Virus record (IMG/VR): IMGVR_UViG_3300029288_007060
Location: 64,001-128,000 of that record
Direction: 5' to 3' (one strand)
Origin: a virus
Lineage: Duplodnaviria > Caudoviricetes
DNA: 64,000 nt
The notes beneath the pieces are model-generated. The model was not told the origin of the DNA. It saw nothing but the letters and a program-made list of their open reading frames with translations, and did no database searches. Made by a program: the position numbers and the translations under genes. Within the stretch, counting starts at the first letter, position 1, and every line of letters starts with the position of its first letter. Below are positions 61,719 to 64,000 of this stretch, one piece after another.

Positions 61719-64000
61719 AGGCAGTTGCTGTCAAGGAACCTATGGTTCCGCCACTCCATCTAAAAGTATTAGGAAATGTTATAGTTTTGGCGCTAGAACC
61801 TTGAATAAACATAATATTGTAACTGCCACCATTGATTGGGTTAGTTAATGTTAGTACACAAGGCGAACTGACGTCCTGCAAACTTACAATCTGTGCGTTT
61901 CCAGCATTCCAGTTAATATTTGCATCACCAGTGGGTACTAAATATCCGTCACTAGCCAAATCGGGAGCAATTTGACCAGAAACTATCACATTAGCAGTGA
62001 AGTATCCATCGGCACCAACCGAAAGAGAGCTAGTTGCTGATAAGTCACCATAAACAGTTAAGCTTACTGGATTTGTATATGACCCAATGGATCCAGTGTT
62101 ATTTCCTGTTGCCGTGGCACCATTGCCTATTGCTAGAGCGTTAGTATATGCGGAAGTAGTCGCAAGATATCCGATTGCTATTGAACTAGCACCACTAGTG
62201 ACAGCATTAGAACCGATTGCGATACTAGTGGTAGCTTCGCATTTCGAGTCGGCACCAATTGCCACAGAATTATCAGCAAGCGTCTTACACGTAGCCCCAT
62301 TTCCTATAGCCACAGAATAACTACACGCTGAATGTAAAATTGTGGCGCTATTACCAATAGCAACACTGTTATAAGCCTGGATATTTGTAGAGGGTCCTAC
62401 TGCCGTGCCGTATTGAACTGCTGCATTGGCAGATCTACCAATGGCTACACAATAAGTAGATTGTGAAAGAGCAGAGATACCTATTGAAATAGCGCTATTT
62501 CCTGTTGCAGTAGTAGAATTTCCGATAGCGATTCCACCAACGCCACTAACTCCTGCGTTATATCCAATCGCGGTTCCGCCTGTTGTAATACAATTTGCAC
62601 TGGCACCAGCACCAAATGCTGTAGCCCCTGTGGCATTGCCTGCTGTAGCCCCCTTACCGACAGCAGTGCCACCGATAACGGTGGCAGAAGCCCCAGAACC
62701 AATAGCGGTATTATTAATATTTGTAGTAGCCTGAACATTATATCCGATAGCTGTGCAATCATTCTGCGTTGCTTGTGCGTCACGACCAATTGCAACAGAC
62801 GCTGTTCCTGTTGCATCAGTACCGTATCCAATAGCTGTTCCGCCAGCGCCCGAAGCAATCGCTGTAGAGCCAATGGCAACGGTAGCTATTTGACTAGTTG
62901 CAGCCTGATAGCCAATAGCCACAGCATTAGAAGAAACTGTTACAGACGCTGATCTACCTATAGCTACCGAATTAATTTGATTGCATGTTGCATTGTTTCC
63001 TATTACTACTGATTCTGTCGCAGAAACAATAGCAGTATCTCCAATAGCCAAAGATGTATTTACATTAGCTGTTGCGCCACTACCAAATGCTAATGCCGCA
63101 GTTCCCGTCGCTGATGAACTTGTTCCGATAGCTACCGATCGTGAACCAGATGAAATTGATGCATCCCCAATTGCTATTGCACCTGTGTTTGATTGTGCTG
63201 TGGCATTTGCGCCAAGAGCAACACCTGTACTAATTAATGCTCGTGCATTTTGTCCCAAAGCAACAGCATTTGTTTGTGTTGCTTGACTATTTTGACCAAT
63301 TGCCACAGCAACTAAAGCACTAGCGGTTGCAGAGTAACCAATAGCAACACCGCCTTGACCCGCACTGGCCGCAGAACTTCCGATAGCAACGGAATCCGAA
63401 TTACTGGCATTAGCACTCTTACCAAGAGCTGTAGATGCTTGTCCACCCGCAGATGCGGCATTACCGAAAGCAGAACCTTGTATGCCACCTGCAACAGAAG
63501 ACAAACCAACTGCTGTGGCACTCGCGGCGGAGGCATTTGCAGATTTTCCAAGTGCTGTAGTACCTGCTGCTGTTGCTGTAGAACTAGAACCAAACGCCGT
63601 GGCATTAGTGCCTGTAGTGGCTTGGGCATTATAGCCAACGGCGGTAGAATCTGTAGTAGATGCGGAGGACAACAGACCGAAATGCTCACTAGTTGCTCCT
63701 GTTCCAGGACTTGTTATTGTTCCTACCACATGTAATTCTGCACTAGGAGATGTGGTATGTATTCCTAATCTATTATTTGCTCTGTCCCAGAATAGGTCAT
63801 TATCCCCAGCTATTTTGTTGGTTCCTGTAAAGAAAGTTACATAACCGTCACCAGTGGAGCCTGTTGAGGCGGTATATCCATCTAACGCTGTTTTTAATGC
63901 TGTATTTATTATATTACCATTTATAGTTACATCTCCAGTAAAATCTCTGGTTCCGTTAATTAAAGCGTACTGTGGATGATCGTCGTTTAATAATCCGCTC
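61645..64000 (-). CDS. Tail fibre/adhesin with long YadA-head (Hep_Hag-like) repeat array; 5' end lies outside the window
   Basis: The frame stays open beyond 63729 to the edge (SGLLNDDHPQYALINGTRDFTGD...LFWDRANNRLGI). Dozens of 14-aa xxAIGxxAxA repeats; DHPQY fibre motif. Confidence 0.8.
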   Translation of the reverse strand, partial: SGLLNDDHPQYALINGTRDFTGDVTINGNIINTALKTALDGYTASTGSTGDGYVTFFTGTNKIAGDNDLFWDRANNRLGIHTTSPSAELHVVGTITSPGTGATSEHFGLLSSASTTDSTAVGYNAQATTGTNATAFGSSSTATAAGTTALGKSANASAASATAVGLSSVAGGIQGSAFGNAASAGGQASTALGKSANASNSDSVAIGSSAASAGQGGVAIGYSATASALVAVAIGQNSQATQTNAVALGQNARALISTGVALGANATAQSNTGAIAIGDASISSGSRSVAIGTSSSATGTAALAFGSGATANVNTSLAIGDTAIVSATESVVIGNNATCNQINSVAIGRSASVTVSSNAVAIGYQAATSQIATVAIGSTAIASGAGGTAIGYGTDATGTASVAIGRDAQATQNDCTAIGYNVQATTNINNTAIGSGASATVIGGTAVGKGATAGNATGATAFGAGASANCITTGGTAIGYNAGVSGVGGIAIGNSTTATGNSAISIGISALSQSTYCVAIGRSANAAVQYGTAVGPSTNIQAYNSVAIGNSATILHSACSYSVAIGNGATCKTLADNSVAIGADSKCEATTSIAIGSNAVTSGASSIAIGYLATTSAYTNALAIGNGATATGNNTGSIGSYTNPVSLTVYGDLSATSSLSVGADGYFTANVIVSGQIAPDLASDGYLVPTGDANINWNAGNAQIVSLQDVSSPCVLTLTNPINGGSYNIMFIQGSSAKTITFPNTFRWSGGTIGSLTATAYAVDILSLFYYDGSYYVNLVGDLK

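Noticed and set aside
61468-61775. Canonical DGR template/variable repeat pair
   Set aside because: Mismatches involve all bases, including synonymous third positions, and there is no reverse transcriptase in the window. Kept only as a relict cassette finding.
1250-63735. Numerous plus-strand ORFs and short nested minus-strand ORFs in the ORF track
   Set aside because: They are antisense or alternate-frame shadows of long, motif-bearing minus-strand genes, with no recognisable domains.
1-64000. Stop-codon reassignment as seen in some jumbo phages
   Set aside because: Genes are full length and densely packed in the standard code; the two split genes are explained by frameshifts.

Overview
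This AT-rich 64-kb window is a segment of a large contractile-tailed (myovirus-like, probably jumbo) bacteriophage genome. Every credible gene is on the minus strand, tightly packed, in the standard code and mostly with GGAG/GAGG ribosome-binding sites. In transcription order (right to left) it first encodes a YadA-head-repeat fibre (truncated at the edge), a neck/adaptor protein and a frameshifted HTH-LAGLIDADG endonuclease. Next come three fibre/appendage proteins sharing an N-terminal anchor, a tail-completion protein, sheath, tube, a -1 frameshifted chaperone pair and a tape measure protein. These are followed by the tube initiator, hub, spike, gp25-like and J-like wedge proteins, a 2175-aa LamG wedge protein and a dockerin-bearing protein. 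Directly downstream is a ~13-kb glycan cluster: about 8 GT2/GT4/GT-B glycosyltransferase genes, a SAM methyltransferase and a PseB-like dehydratase fused to a MerR/IS607-type HTH, with tdk and a PTH2-like gene interleaved. The strongest unexplained signal is a D-[G/A]-Y(G) peptide motif, found about 38 times by hand count. It occurs in the predicted surface-exposed virion proteins and is absent from the tube, tape measure, hub, spike and enzymes. Together with the adjacent glycosyltransferase cluster, this suggests (inference) a phage-encoded, sequon-directed, possibly Tyr-O-linked virion glycosylation system. Other hidden structure includes an exact 18-bp intergenic motif present three times and a hairpin plus relict in-register copy of a fibre C-terminus. 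All product calls are from motif recognition and gene order, without database searches.
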